Shown here: positions 42,702 to 56,160 of the stretch, piece by piece | Position numbering within the stretch: the first letter of the stretch is position 1 | How the letters are laid out: every line of letters starts with the position of its first letter | Assembly: GCF_009914755.1 (NCBI RefSeq) | Contig: NC_060938.1 | DNA from: the human T2T-CHM13v2.0 reference genome, Homo sapiens | Strand: one strand, 5' to 3' | DNA: 64,000 nt | The notes under the pieces: generated by a model | Told to the model about the DNA's origin: nothing | The model's input: only the letters and a program-made list of their open reading frames with translations | The model's database searches: none | Made by a program: the position numbers and the translations under genes

Positions 42702-45700
42702 GCTATATCACATGCTCATGGTCACAGAGCATATGAGTAGCAGAAACAGAAGTCAAGTCCAGTTTTCTGTGGACTGTAAAACTTGAAGTCTTTCTTCTGC
42801 TTCCCTTGCCTCCTCTGGGAAGAGCAGCAGACAGCAACACGTGGGGCAGTCCCCATAGCCTGTACTCGGGGTGTGTGGGGTCCATTTCTGGGTTTTCACT
42901 TACATGTTGTTGTTTTTTTAGAGGACTTCCCTTTTCCTCATAATACCGAGTCTTACAAATTTTCACCTCTTCCCGAAATTATTCTGCTACTGGTTTCGAC
43001 AGGACCAGTTGCTGCCTTCTGAGTAAGGGGAATGGGCTGTTGAATCATCACCTTTGCTGCTGATTTTCCCAGAAGCACAGAATGGTCCTGTAGCCCTGAG
43101 TCCCACATCAGAAGGACCACCCATCTCTCCTTGAAGAAAGCAAATCGTATTTTCTTAACAAACCCAAATGACAGCCTCTTTGGTCCCACAACTAGCATTT
43201 CCTGAGAGTTCATGAATTCCAAAGTTATTTGAGCAATTTAGCCTTTGAAGCTCAGCTTCCACCTTGGACTCTCAGAATTATTTCTTGGAAAAACGATTAG
43301 CACTGAAAAGCTCTATGAAAATTGGCATCCATGGATGGTCGTCTCATTATGCGAAGTGCCCATAGATTCACCTCCAAACACCTTGTGATTTCACAAGGGC
43401 TATTATCTTCCAGCTACATCTCTTCTTTGGAGCTTATTACTTAAATAAAAAATGTTAATTGTTTCTGAGAAGTGTGCAGTGAGGAATGGGGGCTGCCATC
43501 TCTGAGGAACCGGGTCTTCAAATTCCCAGGCTGCTACTCACTTTCTTGCCAAATGCTGGAAGCTCTCCACCAGCCAACTATCAATTTATGTGGACTGAGT
43601 CACAATTTACATCAAGCACTATTTCCATACGGGGTGTTATTTATTGAGCCTGGTACCACAGCGAGGAGGGTGAGCTCCTGAGTAATTAGAATCCTGTCCT
43701 AGCTGGGGAGTGAACAATGCCTTCCTCCTATCTCTGCTTTCTAATGGGTTTGCAATGGCGCTATCTCTGCTTCCATAAATAATGTGCTCCATGTAAATAA
43801 GGAGTCATTAAAAATGGGGCAGGACCCACACATCATTTCATAAACATGAGGGAAGTACTTAGGAAGAGGATCATCAATAAACAGGCTGTGCTCTGCGTTA
43901 CAAAACTGAAGCTGCTCTGCTGTGTACACACTGCCTTTTGTAGCTTCAACCCTTCCATTCTTGCTAACTCCACATTAACTGCTGTAGGTATACATCTGGG
44001 CATTACCAGCACAGTTCCTGGAGGCAGATAGATCTGCATACGGAGCTGCAACTCTGAGCTGTGCAATCTTGGGCAAATCACCTGACCTGTCCAAGCCTTG
44101 GCTTTCTTCTCTGGACCGTGGCGCTAGCACAGCCTACTTGATTTGTATACCAAAATTCATGAATGGGTTCTATTAGGTTGGGAGCAGGCAGGAAGCAACT
44201 TTATTCTTTCATGTAATTTTCTTGCCTCTGTGTTATGTCGGATCCCTCTTCTCTATTCCTGTCTTGGAATTGTTAAGATGTGTAGTCCAGTTGAATAAAA
44301 TCCTCATCCTGTTTAAAATTTGGGTTGGATGAATGGAAATGCCAGCAGTGGAGAAGGCATGAGTTCTCCTCTCTCTAACCCCTTCTGCTCCATGTCTTCC
44401 TCCCTCTCCCTGGGATGTGTGGTCCTTTAAGAAAGGGGCCACATTGAAGGGTGGGTACAGAAGAGATGGTAGTACCCATAGAGCCTGGTATATCTGGTAC
44501 AGTTGCAGCCAAACATTGGTATTTGTATTCAAAGGTAATTCTTTCTTCTTGAGATGCTTTTGTGTGTTCCTCAGAGATCTTACTGGGGACCCCCTTGGTA
44601 GTCCCATGGTAGGATGATGGCCTCTCTAATGGGCCTTATATGAGTCTAGTCAGCCCTTAATTTCTAAGAGGTCTCTCCATACTCACCATGCTGAAATCCT
44701 CTCACCCTTGTAGGACATTCCCTTGAGCATCCCAAAGCCAGAATCTTCATATTGGCTATTCTGGCTGATACCAAGAGTTTCTAGAAGAAGAGGTGGCTCT
44801 GATGGCTGCTACCTGGATTTGCTGTGCCACACTACACTACTTCAGCCAGTCTACCACCTTTAGACTCCTATAGGTAAAAGTCATATGATGGTCCCTATCA
44901 CCCCCAAAGGTGGGGAACACACGTCAACTCCCCCTAATTATTCTCTTGAGGCTTCTTCAGTTGCTAAGGGTTACCAGAGAGCTGCATGCCAGTGACTGTT
45001 TCCAAAGAGGCTTTCATTCTTCAGCCTTCTTTCCAAAAAATTCCTAGGCTGCCAAGAGTATTTGATGGGCTGATGAGGGCAGAACCAGGTATGGCTACTT
45101 TAGAATATGAGGGCACAGGTCACTGTTTTTCTTGACCTTGGCACTCAGCTGACAAATAGACAAAAGGAAATGTCTCAAATTTCATTGGCTGTAATAGAGA
45201 TTGAATGAGAATATGTTTTAAGTGCTTGGCAATAATGCAAAGTAAGATGTGAGTGAAGTTTAGTTCTCAGAATTATACACTGTCGAGTGTCAGATGATCA
45301 GCACACACATCACCCATGCTTGGGCTGGGTCCTATTCTACCTGCTTTAGCTACAACAATGGCCCTATGAGAAAGGTCCTGCCATCATCTACCTGATGTGA
45401 ATTAGGACTCTAAGGTATGGAAAGGCTCCATGACCTGGGAAGTGCGCCCAGGAGTAGGTCCAGATGGGCTCCTACTCACCTTCCTATAGGCCTCAAGAGG
45501 CGCGGGCACGTGGAGCTCTCTTCTTCCAAAGAGGCATCTATGCAAACAAAAGTCATTCCTGGGAATCCATCAGGGCTCCATCTGCATCCACTCCTCTCTT
45601 CCTTGCTTGCTCCTTGTTTGTGCTGGTGGTGGCTTCTGTCCCCCAAAGGTCCTCTTCAGTCTCAACTAATTGTCCTGGTGCCATTGGACCTTGGCTCTTG

Positions 45701-47506
45701 TAAAAGTGGTGTGAGGGCTGAGTCCCCTCAGTCCAAAACCTTTCCTAATCTTAAACTCACACCATCCTAGTATTGATGCTGAATTCATCTTTGGGGCTTT
45801 CCCAGCTGAGATGTGTGGTCCGTCTGGTCTACTAGCTCGTCACACTTCTGAGCAGCCATTTCCTCCTGGTTTCTCTTCTTGTTTTGGCTCCAACCCCCAC
45901 TCCCCAGAGCTTAACACTGGCTCCTCTGATGTGGTATTAGGGTTCTCCTTTCCTGCTGGTAAGACCTAAGAATTCCCTGAGCTCCCATTCATCCTTTAAG
46001 CTTGACCCTACCCTGTCCTTCCCATTCTAAACACCACACAGTGTGCTTCCCTGTCCAGTCACCTTCACAGTGCTCTCACTCTTTTCATTTACAACCCTTA
46101 CCTTCCCATGAGATGACCTTGTCATTTGCCATTTTGTTGGATTGTATTTCCATCTACACCACTAGTGTGTGAGGCATGGTGATATGAAGCTAGTCCAGAG
46201 ATCAGGTCCCTGCCCTCAGCCGTCTTATAGTCTAGTTAAGGAAAGCAAAGGGCATCTGTTCACTGTGCAAACTGTCCCAAGGCACTGCCCCTCTCTGAGC
46301 CTTACATTTTCTGCCTCTCTCAGGAGAGGCTAGGCCACTTGATTAAAGGGGTTGTTCCTGCTTTAAAGACCCATGACTCTGGAGTTGCGGCTTCCCTTAA
46401 TGTTCCTGGAAGAGCAGACAAGACCAATTTGTGATACCTGAATCTGATTAATGTGGGAACAGTTAACATTGGGAGGAAAGTATCCCCCCACTGCTTCTTC
46501 CCTTTCCCCTCCAGGCAGCTTTTATGTTTCTGGGCTTTTATCCCATTATCCCAGCCTCATTTTATTAGTACCACCTGGAGAGGAGCCTGCGCCCCACCAG
46601 ACACCGGAGCAAATGCAGAGAGTCAGCTCCCCAGGTTTTGTTAGCCTTAGTGCTCTATTTACACACTTCTGGGCCACACCTCTCCTCTCCCTGCTGTTAA
46701 TCTGGGAAGAAAATCTTTGCCACTGGCCTGGATACCAGGAAAGGAAGAACTTGCTGAAGCCACTTGAAAACTGAATCCACTTTTTAGTTCTTCCTAGCCT
46801 AGTGGAATCAGACTGAGGTTTTCAAAACAACTGTATTCTGTCCAAAGAACGAGCATAAAGAAAATAGACAGAACTGAAAGGAAGGAGAGGTTTGGCTGAC
46901 TTGATCCAGGTGGCTGATCCTAGTCTGCCGGTGACTCCTGATGACTCCTGGCCTTTACCTGTGCTCTACCCCATCAGACAAAAACCTGAACGCATTCCAG
47001 TCCTCAAATATGGCATTCTCTCTCTCCTTCCTGAAGCTCTTCACATGGGCCTTTTTACCTGGAAAACACTTGGTTGTACCAACTTCGACATTTCTCCAGA
47101 GGTAATATCCTCCAGGCTGTTTATCCTGACCTCTCAAGCTTCAGTGATATGTCTACATCTACCTTCCTATGATATTCAAGTATGAATCTTGACACTTGGC
47201 CTGCAGTAATGAAGTTCAGCTATGCATGCTGGTACTTTCTACTGTCTGCAGGGGAGGAGTTATGACCAGTAAATGAGAAGGTCAAACACAGGGTAACAAG
47301 GCAGTGCTAGAAGGAACCTAGGGAGCTTTGGGAGCTCAGGGAAAGGGTTATTTACCCAGGTATGGGCACCACGAAAGACTCCTCAGAGAAGAGGCTTAAA
47401 AGATGAGTAGAAAGATAAGGAGATTGGAAAAGGTCTTCTAAGAAAAGAAGACACTATGTGCAAAAGTTTAACAGTGAGAAAAAAATGGTGTGAGGTTAAG
47501 AGGATT

Positions 47507-47935
47507 GTATCAGTTAGCTTTTGCTGAGTAACAAGTCACCCTGATACTTAATGACGTAAAAAACAAAAACCACTTACTTGGATCACAGTTTTGCTGGTCA
47601 GCAACCTGAGATGAGCTCAGATTTGGAATGGGTAGTTCTGCTAATTTAAGCCAGACTTAGCTGATCTTGGCTGGGCCTCACTCATGCATCTGAAGACAGG
47701 TGCTAGGTTTTCTGGAAACTGGCTGCTGTCAGATGCAGTGCCTCTTATCTTCTCAACATGGCAACCAATCATCCAGCAGTTTATCTCAGGCTTTCTTATT
47801 TTCTGACTTATCAGGGTTGTAAAAGAGAAATCAGAGCCTATATGTTTTTTTTGAGGTCTGAACTCAGAATCTGTCCAGCACCAAGTTTTGCTACATTGTA
47901 CTGGGCAAAGCAAGTATCCCGGATTCCAAGTAGAA
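47507..47935 (-). mobile_element. Old MaLR LTR (MLT1H-K-like)
   Basis: 'tgtatcagttagcttttgctgagtaacaagtcaccc...cttggctgggcctcactcatgcatctg...ggcaaagcaagt'. Confidence 0.7.
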
Positions 47936-48329
47936 TATATTGGCTGTGTGCCCGTGTTTTCTGTGTGTCTTCTGCAGAGAATTCCATTCCATGCAGAACG
48001 GCCATCTTTATGCAATCTTCTTTGGGGTGTAAGCCTGGAGAAGCAATCCACAACCATATTATGAGAAGATTTATGAAGTCTACTAAAGTTTGGATTTTCC
48101 TTCAGGATAAAGGGAAAATTTGTTAAGTATTTTTAACAAGAAATGAAAGACATCAAGATGTACACAATTTGGAAGTTGCTCCCTGGGTACTCTTCTGTTG
48201 GTGTGAAAAAGACTACTACTTGCCTAAGTAGACCCAGAGAACTCATCTGCCTCTGGATTCCCAGGGCTGCAATTCACCAACCCTTGGTCTAAACAGAGTT
48301 AGTAGGCATGTGAAGAATTTATTAAGCAC

Positions 48330-49700
48330 CAGCATGAAGGTAGGCATAGAGATCCATAGAACTGAGATGAAAATCCAGAAATGGACCCTTGCATTTGTGG
48401 TCAATTGATTATTGGCATCAAGACCAGCCAATGGGGAAAGAATACTCTTTTTAACAAACAGTGCTGGTACAATGGGCAATCTGCATGCAAAAGAATGAAG
48501 TTGGACTCAGTCACATGTTTTACACAAACATTAACTCAAAATGGAAATAAACATAAATACAAGAGTAACACTATAAAACGCTTAGAAGAAAACATAAGCA
48601 TAGTTCTTCATGACCATACACAGGGCAACAGTGCCGTCAATATGGTATGGAAAGCACAAGTGAGCAAAGAAAAAAAAGATAAACTGGTCTCATTCAAATG
48701 GAAAACTTTTGTGCCACTAAGTGAAGATTGAAAAAAGTGAAAGATTAACCCACAGAATGAGAGAAACTATTTGCTAAGAGATACTTGAAAATATTGACAA
48801 GGGTCTTACATCCACAATATATAAAGAACTCTTACAAGTCAGCAATAGAAAGGCAGACTAATACCCCAGTTTAAAAAAGTGGGCAGAATATTTAAATAGA
48901 AATTTCTCCTAAGGAGATCGATCAATAGCCAATAAGCACAGAAAAGCTGTTCAACACTACTAGTCTTTGGGAAAACGCAAATTAAGACCATAAGTATCAC
49001 TTCGCACCCATTAGGATGGCTAGAATAAGAAAGACAGTAACCTCTGTTGGTAAGAGTATGCAGACATTGCTGGTGTGAATGCAAAATGTCACGGCTACTT
49101 TCGGACATAGTTTGGCAGTTCCTCAAAAAGGTAAACATAGAGTTACCAAGAGTCTGCAACTCCACTCCTAGGTATTCCCAAGAAAAGTAAAAACAAATGT
49201 CCACAGAAAAGCTTATATGAGAATGTTCATAGCAGCATTACGCATAATAGCCCCCAAATGGAAACAACACAAATAACCATTAACTAATAAATGGATATAT
49301 TAAATGTTATATAGTCAACCAAGTGGAATATTATTTGGCAATAAAAAGGAATGAAATATGATATGATATGGATGAACTTTGAAAACATCACGCTAAGTAA
49401 AAGAAGCTACATATCTCATGATTCTGTTTATATGAAATGATCAGAATTGGCAAATTTATAGAGCTAGAAGGTAGATCAGTGGTGTGTAGGGCTGGGGTGA
49501 GGGTGGAGAAATGGGGGAAATGAGAATTGACGGCTAATACATTTGGGAGTACTACTTTTAGTAGGGGAAAACATTCTAAAATTAGATTGTGGCAATGATT
49601 ACACAAACTTGTGAACATACTAAAAATCACTGAATTGTGTGCTTTAAATAAGATGAGTTATGTGGTAAATAAATTATATGTTAATAAATCTTTTAAAAAA
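48330..49700 (+). mobile_element. L1MB-type LINE-1 3' portion
   Basis: ORF2 C-terminal remnant (QWGKNTLFNKQCWYN...KRMKLD) and L1MB-like 3'UTR ending 'aattatatgttaataaatcttttaaaaaa'. Confidence 0.88.
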
Positions 49701-50385
49701 TTACTCATCGCTAAATTAAGACATATTAGAGAAACTGTAGCAGAAGCAATGGCAATGCCTACCTAAATATAAAAGGGGTGTTGAGAAAAAGGAAAAGGAA
49801 ATATTTGCAGAGGTGCCCAGGTCTCACTTAAGGACATCTGAAGGTTGATGGTGCCAGGTACATAGACCAGAAGGCTTGCCATAGATTATTTGCTGCTTCT
49901 GGGATGACTCACAGTGGCCAAAGTCTTCATATGATCCATACTGTGTGACCAGGTCTCCTGAGTAACTTTTCTTCTTAATCACGTTACAGAGAGATTCCTG
50001 GCAGATCTCGAACAGGCTGTTGTGAATCTGCACGCAGGTTGCACACTGTGCAACTTGAGTGGCTCAGTTTCATCACAGTCCTGCAAAGTCAGGCCCCTGA
50101 AGATGCGGAGCATCCAGCCTGCCCGGCCATTTGCTGTGGCCCTGGCTATGCATCCATCTGCAGGCCAGTAACTTTGTTGATGTCTAACTGATTTTCAGAG
50201 GTTGCTCCTAAGAGGGATTTCTCTCAGGTCTCAAAAAGAGAAAAAAAGTATCTGCTTTTCCTGATTTAGTCTGTTCTTAGCTGGTAAACTCTTAGAGTAT
50301 TTAACTGATTATGATTGTTTGGGCCCCTGAGAAGGCCACAAGTTAAATTTGCAGTTTTCTTTTAGTAATTTTCTAAAACTTTAGA

Positions 50386-50560
50386 CAATGTTTCTCAAAC
50401 CATAGTGTAAATTGTCTGGAAATTGAAACATTAAAATATGCTGTTTGCATATCTGCCCTCAACTATGGCCATTTAGCAGGTCTAGAAACGGGCTAAGAAT
50501 CTACGTTTTGGCCAGACAGCAGGTGATTCAGATACAGGGGGTAAATAGATGACAAATTTA
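50386..50560. mobile_element. MER5-like hAT MITE
   Basis: 'caatgtttctcaaac...ggtctagaaacgggctaagaatct...caggtgattc'. Confidence 0.6.
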
Positions 50561-51449
50561 GATACCTCCCCTCATGGTAAGCCCTTTTATCATTTAATTC
50601 TTCCTTGTTCTATCTTATCTATTTTTTTTATCATTGTTCCTTTCAACAGATGTGTGTGTATGCTTACTTACAATTTGTTATTTTCATTTTAAATCAAGTT
50701 GTTTTTGTAAATAATCCAGGCTATGAACTTATCAATTAATTAATTAGTATATGAAATTTGCACAGCATATTGCAGTTTCAAGGTGCTTGTGCAGGCATAA
50801 TTTTCTTTCCTGTGACCCTCAAAGCAGCCTCCTGAATTCTGTATTGTTATTCTAGTCTAACACATTAAAAAAAAAAAAAAAACTGAGGTTTAGTGAAGTA
50901 ACTTACAGGAACAAGAAAGTACTAACTTAAAAAACGAAAACAACTGAAAGGACTACCTGTGCGGCATGCCCAGTATGGGCACTCTATGATGCTGCAAAGA
51001 TAGAGTTACAGGCATTTGCAGAAATGGGTCGAGTTTCCATCTCAGAAGGGAAGTGATCTTTCTAAAAATTTACCCACGAGAAAAAGCAGCCGATCTCAGC
51101 TCTGGTTTCAGACCGGAGATCAACAACCCTTTATCGGGTTGTTCAGGTGACCTCTCTTGGTCCAGCCTTGTTTCAACACATCTCCGGCATCTGAAACCAC
51201 ATTAGTTATCCCCTCCCCTACCACCTGGGCTCTGACCACAGTGGGAGCCTTACCGAATATCAGGGTGTTGAATATTCACAGCCAACCATGCGCATGCTCC
51301 TGTGGGGAGAGGACCTCCCCATGCCCAGGCCTCCTGGAACTGCAGGGCTTAGAGTTCGGACGGTGGATAGAAAGGGAAGGCACAGGGCAGCAGTGATTAG
51401 ATCTGGTGCCTGGCAGACCTGCTAGGAAGCAGCAAAGTTCAGTGGGAAA

Positions 51450-51650
51450 AGCTAGGCAGCTCTTGGTCTAGATTCCAGCTTGATTTCTCAGACTGTAAAA
51501 ATTCTCTTATGCAACTGACTTAATGTCTATAAAGCTTTAGATTCCTCACCTATAAAATAGGGTTTCTGATACCCACATCTAAGGTTCAAGTGATAAGCAC
51601 ATAAAGCAAAGTGTGTAGTCTGCCCCAGGTGTATCAGTCCTCACAATAAG
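51450..51650 (+). mobile_element. MIR SINE
   Basis: 'gattcctcacctataaaataggg...gatacccacatctaagg'. Confidence 0.6.
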
Positions 51651-51695
51651 TTAGATCATCTTTCTTTCCCTCCCTGTGTTTATTTAATTGGCTCC

Positions 51696-52170
51696 ATGAT
51701 TTGTTTCCCATTGCTGCCGTAACAAGTTAGCACGAACTTAGAAGCTTAAAATAACACAAATTTATGATCTTGCAGTCTGGAAGTTAGAAGCCCCAAATCA
51801 GGATGCCAACAGGCTGGCGTTCCTTCTGGAAGCTCTAGAGGAGAGATTGTTTCCTTCTCTTTTCTACCTTCTAGAGGCTGCTTGCATTCCTTGGCTCATG
51901 GCCACTTCCTTTATCTTCAAAGTACATCACTTCATCCTCTGCTTCTGTGGTCACGTCTTCTTCTCTGACTCTGACCCTCCTGCTTTCCTCTTATAAGGAC
52001 CCTTGTGATTACACTGGGCTCATTCAGATAATCCAGGATAATCTCCCATCCCAAGACCCTTAATCTAATAACATATGCAAAATTATCTTTTGCCAGGTAA
52101 GGTGACGTATTCACAGGTTCCAGTCATTAGAATGGGAGCATCTTTGGGGGTCATTACTGAGTCTATTACG
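51696..52170 (-). mobile_element. MLT1D LTR
   Basis: 'attgctgccgtaacaa...ttataaggacccttgtgattacactgggc...gataatccaggataatctcccatc...ttcacaggttccag'. Confidence 0.88.
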
Positions 52171-52419
52171 AAGGAAGGTCCAGAAGATGCCTCCATAAAA
52201 GCATGTCCTAAAGCCATGGCTAAGAAGATGATGGTGGAACATGAAACATGTTTGCTACAATAATTTAAGCCACATCTAAGAGAGATGTGGAGCCACAGGG
52301 CACTGTAAGAGCTTCCTGCATCCTCATAGGGTGTCCTAAATTAGAACACACTCAGATCTTTTCCTTCAAGCACTAACCCATGAAAATCCCTCTGAAAACT
52401 CCACCGCCATTTGTTCTTC

Positions 52420-52760
52420 AGTCTCTGCCAAGCTCCTCCAGTGATGACAATCCCCAGGTTTCCTAAGTTCAGCTTTACCTGTAAGAAATTCTTTCTAGAT
52501 ATGGAAAAGATCTCTCTGAAACCTGCTTAGGCTCTTTCATTCTGTCCCTGGAGCCACAAAGAAGAAAAACCCAGCCCCTTTGCCTTCAGAGATCTTTTCC
52601 TTTTGCAGACAGTGAGTGATTGTGAATGCCTCTTCCTGTTTACACTCTGGTAAGAGTTTACATCTCCATAATAAACATTCTAATTTTCTTAACTATTTCT
52701 TGTGTAAAACAGTTTGGAATTCCCCTTTCATCCTGGTTACTCTCCTCTGATGCATTCTAT
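52420..52760 (-). mobile_element. L3/CR1 fragment
   Basis: 'ctcctccagtgatg...taagaaattctttct...tctgtccctggagccaca'. Confidence 0.5.
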
Positions 52761-53625
52761 TTTTTAATGACTTATTGAAAAATTAAAAAAAATCAGGCTG
52801 TAAAAATAATTTACATTCCCTTTTGAAATTTGAAACAACAAAGAAGAAAATCAGTTACCCATAAATCCATCACCAGTGAGAATCACTGAGTGTGTATTTT
52901 TTCCAGTCCTGGGATAGACCTGGATTATAATCTAACTGCTCTCACAGAGGCATTGTGTGACTGTGGCTCTCTCCTCCCACCCCCACTTTTTTCATCTCCA
53001 AGATAAGATGCTAGCTTTGAATTCTTTTTTCCCTCTATATATCTGTGAAAGTCATTTGTTTCAAATATTCACACTGGATTCTGGCTAGAATAGAAGAGCC
53101 TCGCTTATTATTAACTTTTTGAAAAGAATATTACTTCTGAAGGCCCAACTTATAAGAAAATGTATGATTTGTCCATGGAGATGTCAGCCTGAATTCTGCT
53201 GAGTCATCTTATTACATTTCCACAGTCCTGGGTCTCAGTGTTACCCCATTGAGTGGATCTCACTCCAGTCCTTAGCACTGGGGTCTCCAACAGCCTTGGA
53301 ATTTGTTTTCTGCCTTGTATCCATTTCCTCACAATTGCATCTCCCCAGAGCAGCTCCATGTTTATTAGACAGTCATGAGGAAATGGAGGCCTTCTCTGAG
53401 GAACAGAGAAGTAGGGGTTCAAATCTGGAACTCTGAGTGGCATGCGATGCCAATCTTTTCTTGGTAGTAAACAGCCTGTTTGTGAGAAATCAGACTTTAC
53501 AAAGTCCTTTAATATACATCTCACTTGAACCTCACAACAACCCATTAGGTTATATCTTTATATAACCTTTTTTATAGAAAGAAAAGAAAGAAAGAAACCT
53601 AAACTTTCAGAGAGATTCAGAGAAG

Positions 53626-53997
53626 TGAATTTAAACTTTTTCAACCTCAATGCATAGTAAGATATGCATTTAACTACAATCCAGTCCAAATATATGCATG
53701 GAACGATAGACAGACAGACAAACTAGATACAGACACATAAACAGATAGAGAAATAGCCAGATACATATATAGGCAAAATGAGAAACAGAAGTTTTACCAA
53801 ACATATTTACAGCTAGCTAGCTATGTGACAGATAAACTAAACAAAAGTTGCCCAAAACAACATTCCTTCCAAATGTGGGTGTTTAAATCTGATATTTTCT
53901 ATTTTATAATATTCTGTTTTGTTGTTTTGAAACGCCAGTTGTACTCAGCTGATTTCATGAACCTCCAGCAGGTCATGACCATAGTGTGAAAACACTG
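53626..53997. mobile_element. hAT-Charlie element (Charlie4z/MER113-like) with internal GATA/GACA-rich tract
   Basis: 'aaactttttcaacc...cat agtaagatatgcattt' and end 'gatttcatgaacc...ggtcatgaccatagtgtgaaaacactg'. Confidence 0.55.
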
Positions 53998-54196
53998 GTG
54001 TTGAAACCCTAACCAAGAGTGCACAGCCAGTGTACAGCAGAATGAGCCTCCTGTCACCAGCCCAGAGCTCTCAGACAGAATTGAGTTCCTGTACAGTAGG
54101 ACTTTCCACTCATGTCTGTGGTCTAGGAGGAGATTGGGTTGGGCAAACACCAGGCACGATGGAGCAACCATTAACCCTGGAGTTGTGAAGACAGGT

Positions 54197-54244
54197 GAGG
54201 TGTCTGGGAAAAAGCAGGGAGGTGTCTGGGAAAAAGCAGGGAGG
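54197..54244. repeat. Perfect 22-bp tandem duplication
   Basis: GAGGTGTCTGGGAAAAAGCAGG x2 + GAGG. Confidence 0.97.
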
Positions 54245-56119
54245 CTGGAATGCCACAGAAGTGGATTCTAACCCTCAGAGGCTGGCTTCACTGTTCAGGT
54301 CATCACTTCCTGCTCAGTCTCAGTCCCTAATAAATGAAATGTCTGCTCAGCAGCAATGTTGGAAGAATTAAATAAATTGAGTGGCTTATATGAAGCTTAT
54401 GACCAGTGCTGTGAGCTCAACTGATCCTAGCCTCCTTTTTCTAAGGACATTCCATATATAGCATATTGCTGTAGTGGGGTGCTCTGAGGCAGGGCCCCAA
54501 TATTTCTGAAATTCGGGGATCTGAAACATGGAAGCATATATTTCTTTTGGGTGGAGAGTGTTTGTTCCAGGTGAAGTCACACTGGAGATCCAGTTAAACA
54601 TGCATTGCATAAGGTCAATATCTACCAAAGTTGTGTATGGGGGAAGACATGTAACCTTGGGAAAAATCCAGAATCTATGAAATTATTCGAGTGCTTAATG
54701 TTCCCACTAGGATGTTTAACATCTACTGAGTGAAGTGAAAGTCTGCCTTCCTAGGTCTCTAAGGACCACGTGGGGTCTGGCTGAGGCTTGGCATCAGGGC
54801 ATAGCTGGCTCTTCACAGGGAGATGACCACAGCTGCCCAGGCCATGGTAGGCTGAGAATGAAGGAGGAGGAGCATAGGGACCTTTGTGAGGGCAGGAGGT
54901 TTCCGGGTAGAAAGAACAGTGCTAAGTCACTATTGAGGTTGAGGTGCTTCCTCTTTGGGTTGTAAATTCATTCTGCCCTTCCCACTCCCTCAGTGGGATC
55001 TGCAACCACAGCAGACCCATGAGGGAAGGAGCAGAGCCCAGTCTGTGCATGTGTGCATGTGTGTGAACATTGAAGTGAGTGGGAGATGGCCATGATAGTA
55101 CAGAGAAGTCACAAGAGAATCAGGGAAGAAGGATGGAGAAGGTCAAGCCTCTCCATCCTCGAGGTCAAGGTATGAGAGAGGCAAACAACCAGAGTGTCTG
55201 AGAAGGCAGAAGGATGGGTTTCAGTGAATCCTGTGGCATGAAGATTTAGGTTATTAACACGGGGATATGACGGAAGATGGCGCAAGGACAGCTCGGGAGT
55301 GAGTTTATGACTCCATGCTTCTGAGACCTGAGCATCCTGCTATGTTCCAGGCACAATGTCAACCCTCTCAGTCATTCATTTATGCCCTAGAATGAGCCTG
55401 TAGGCATGGTACTATTGTTATGCCTATTTTACAGTAAACAGAGACACAGAGAGATGAAGAAAATGGACCAAGTTAATAAGTGAAAAAAGGCAGAAATGAA
55501 CCCAGTTGGGTTGGCTCTGCAGCTTGTCGTTGTAACTGCGATGCCCTGGTGCCTGTCTGTGCTCCGTGTTTCTACCCCACTGCAACTCAATGGGCAAACT
55601 GCAGAGACTCCAGTGGCTGTTAAAGTGCAGATACTCCTTTTAAAACTAACCACTTCCCTTTTGCTTTTGACTGAAACTCATTGCAGGACCACAAGCTGAG
55701 AGAGGGCAGCAATGGAAACCCAGCCAAACTATTAATGGAAGGCTGGGTCCCATTCTTTATTATCCTTCTGTGGTCTCGTCACCAGCAGGGTGAGCCAAAG
55801 CCGAGGGCAAGAACACGCTGGGTGACCTTCCACACCCCAAATGCAAGATCAAGTGCTGTGGAGAAGGAGGTAAGCTGTGGCTCTTCATTAAAGCAAATAT
55901 CATTAGACATATGTTCAAGATAACAGAGTGTTTTGACCCCAGCAAGCATTTGAACTGCAGTGAAAATTCATTTTCCTTCTCTGAGGGTACAGGAAGCAGA
56001 GAATTTTTCCAGGACTAAAGCCACCATTATGAATATGTATTCCTCAATAATGAAACCTCTATTAATAATTGAATTAGTAATTCAACAAATATTTTGGCAG
56101 GCCTACTATGTTTTGGGTA

Positions 56120-56160
56120 GTGTGTGTGTGTGTGTGCGTGTGTGTGTGTGTGTGCGCGCA
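56120..56160. repeat. (TG)n microsatellite with CG interruptions
   Basis: Direct read. Confidence 0.95.
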
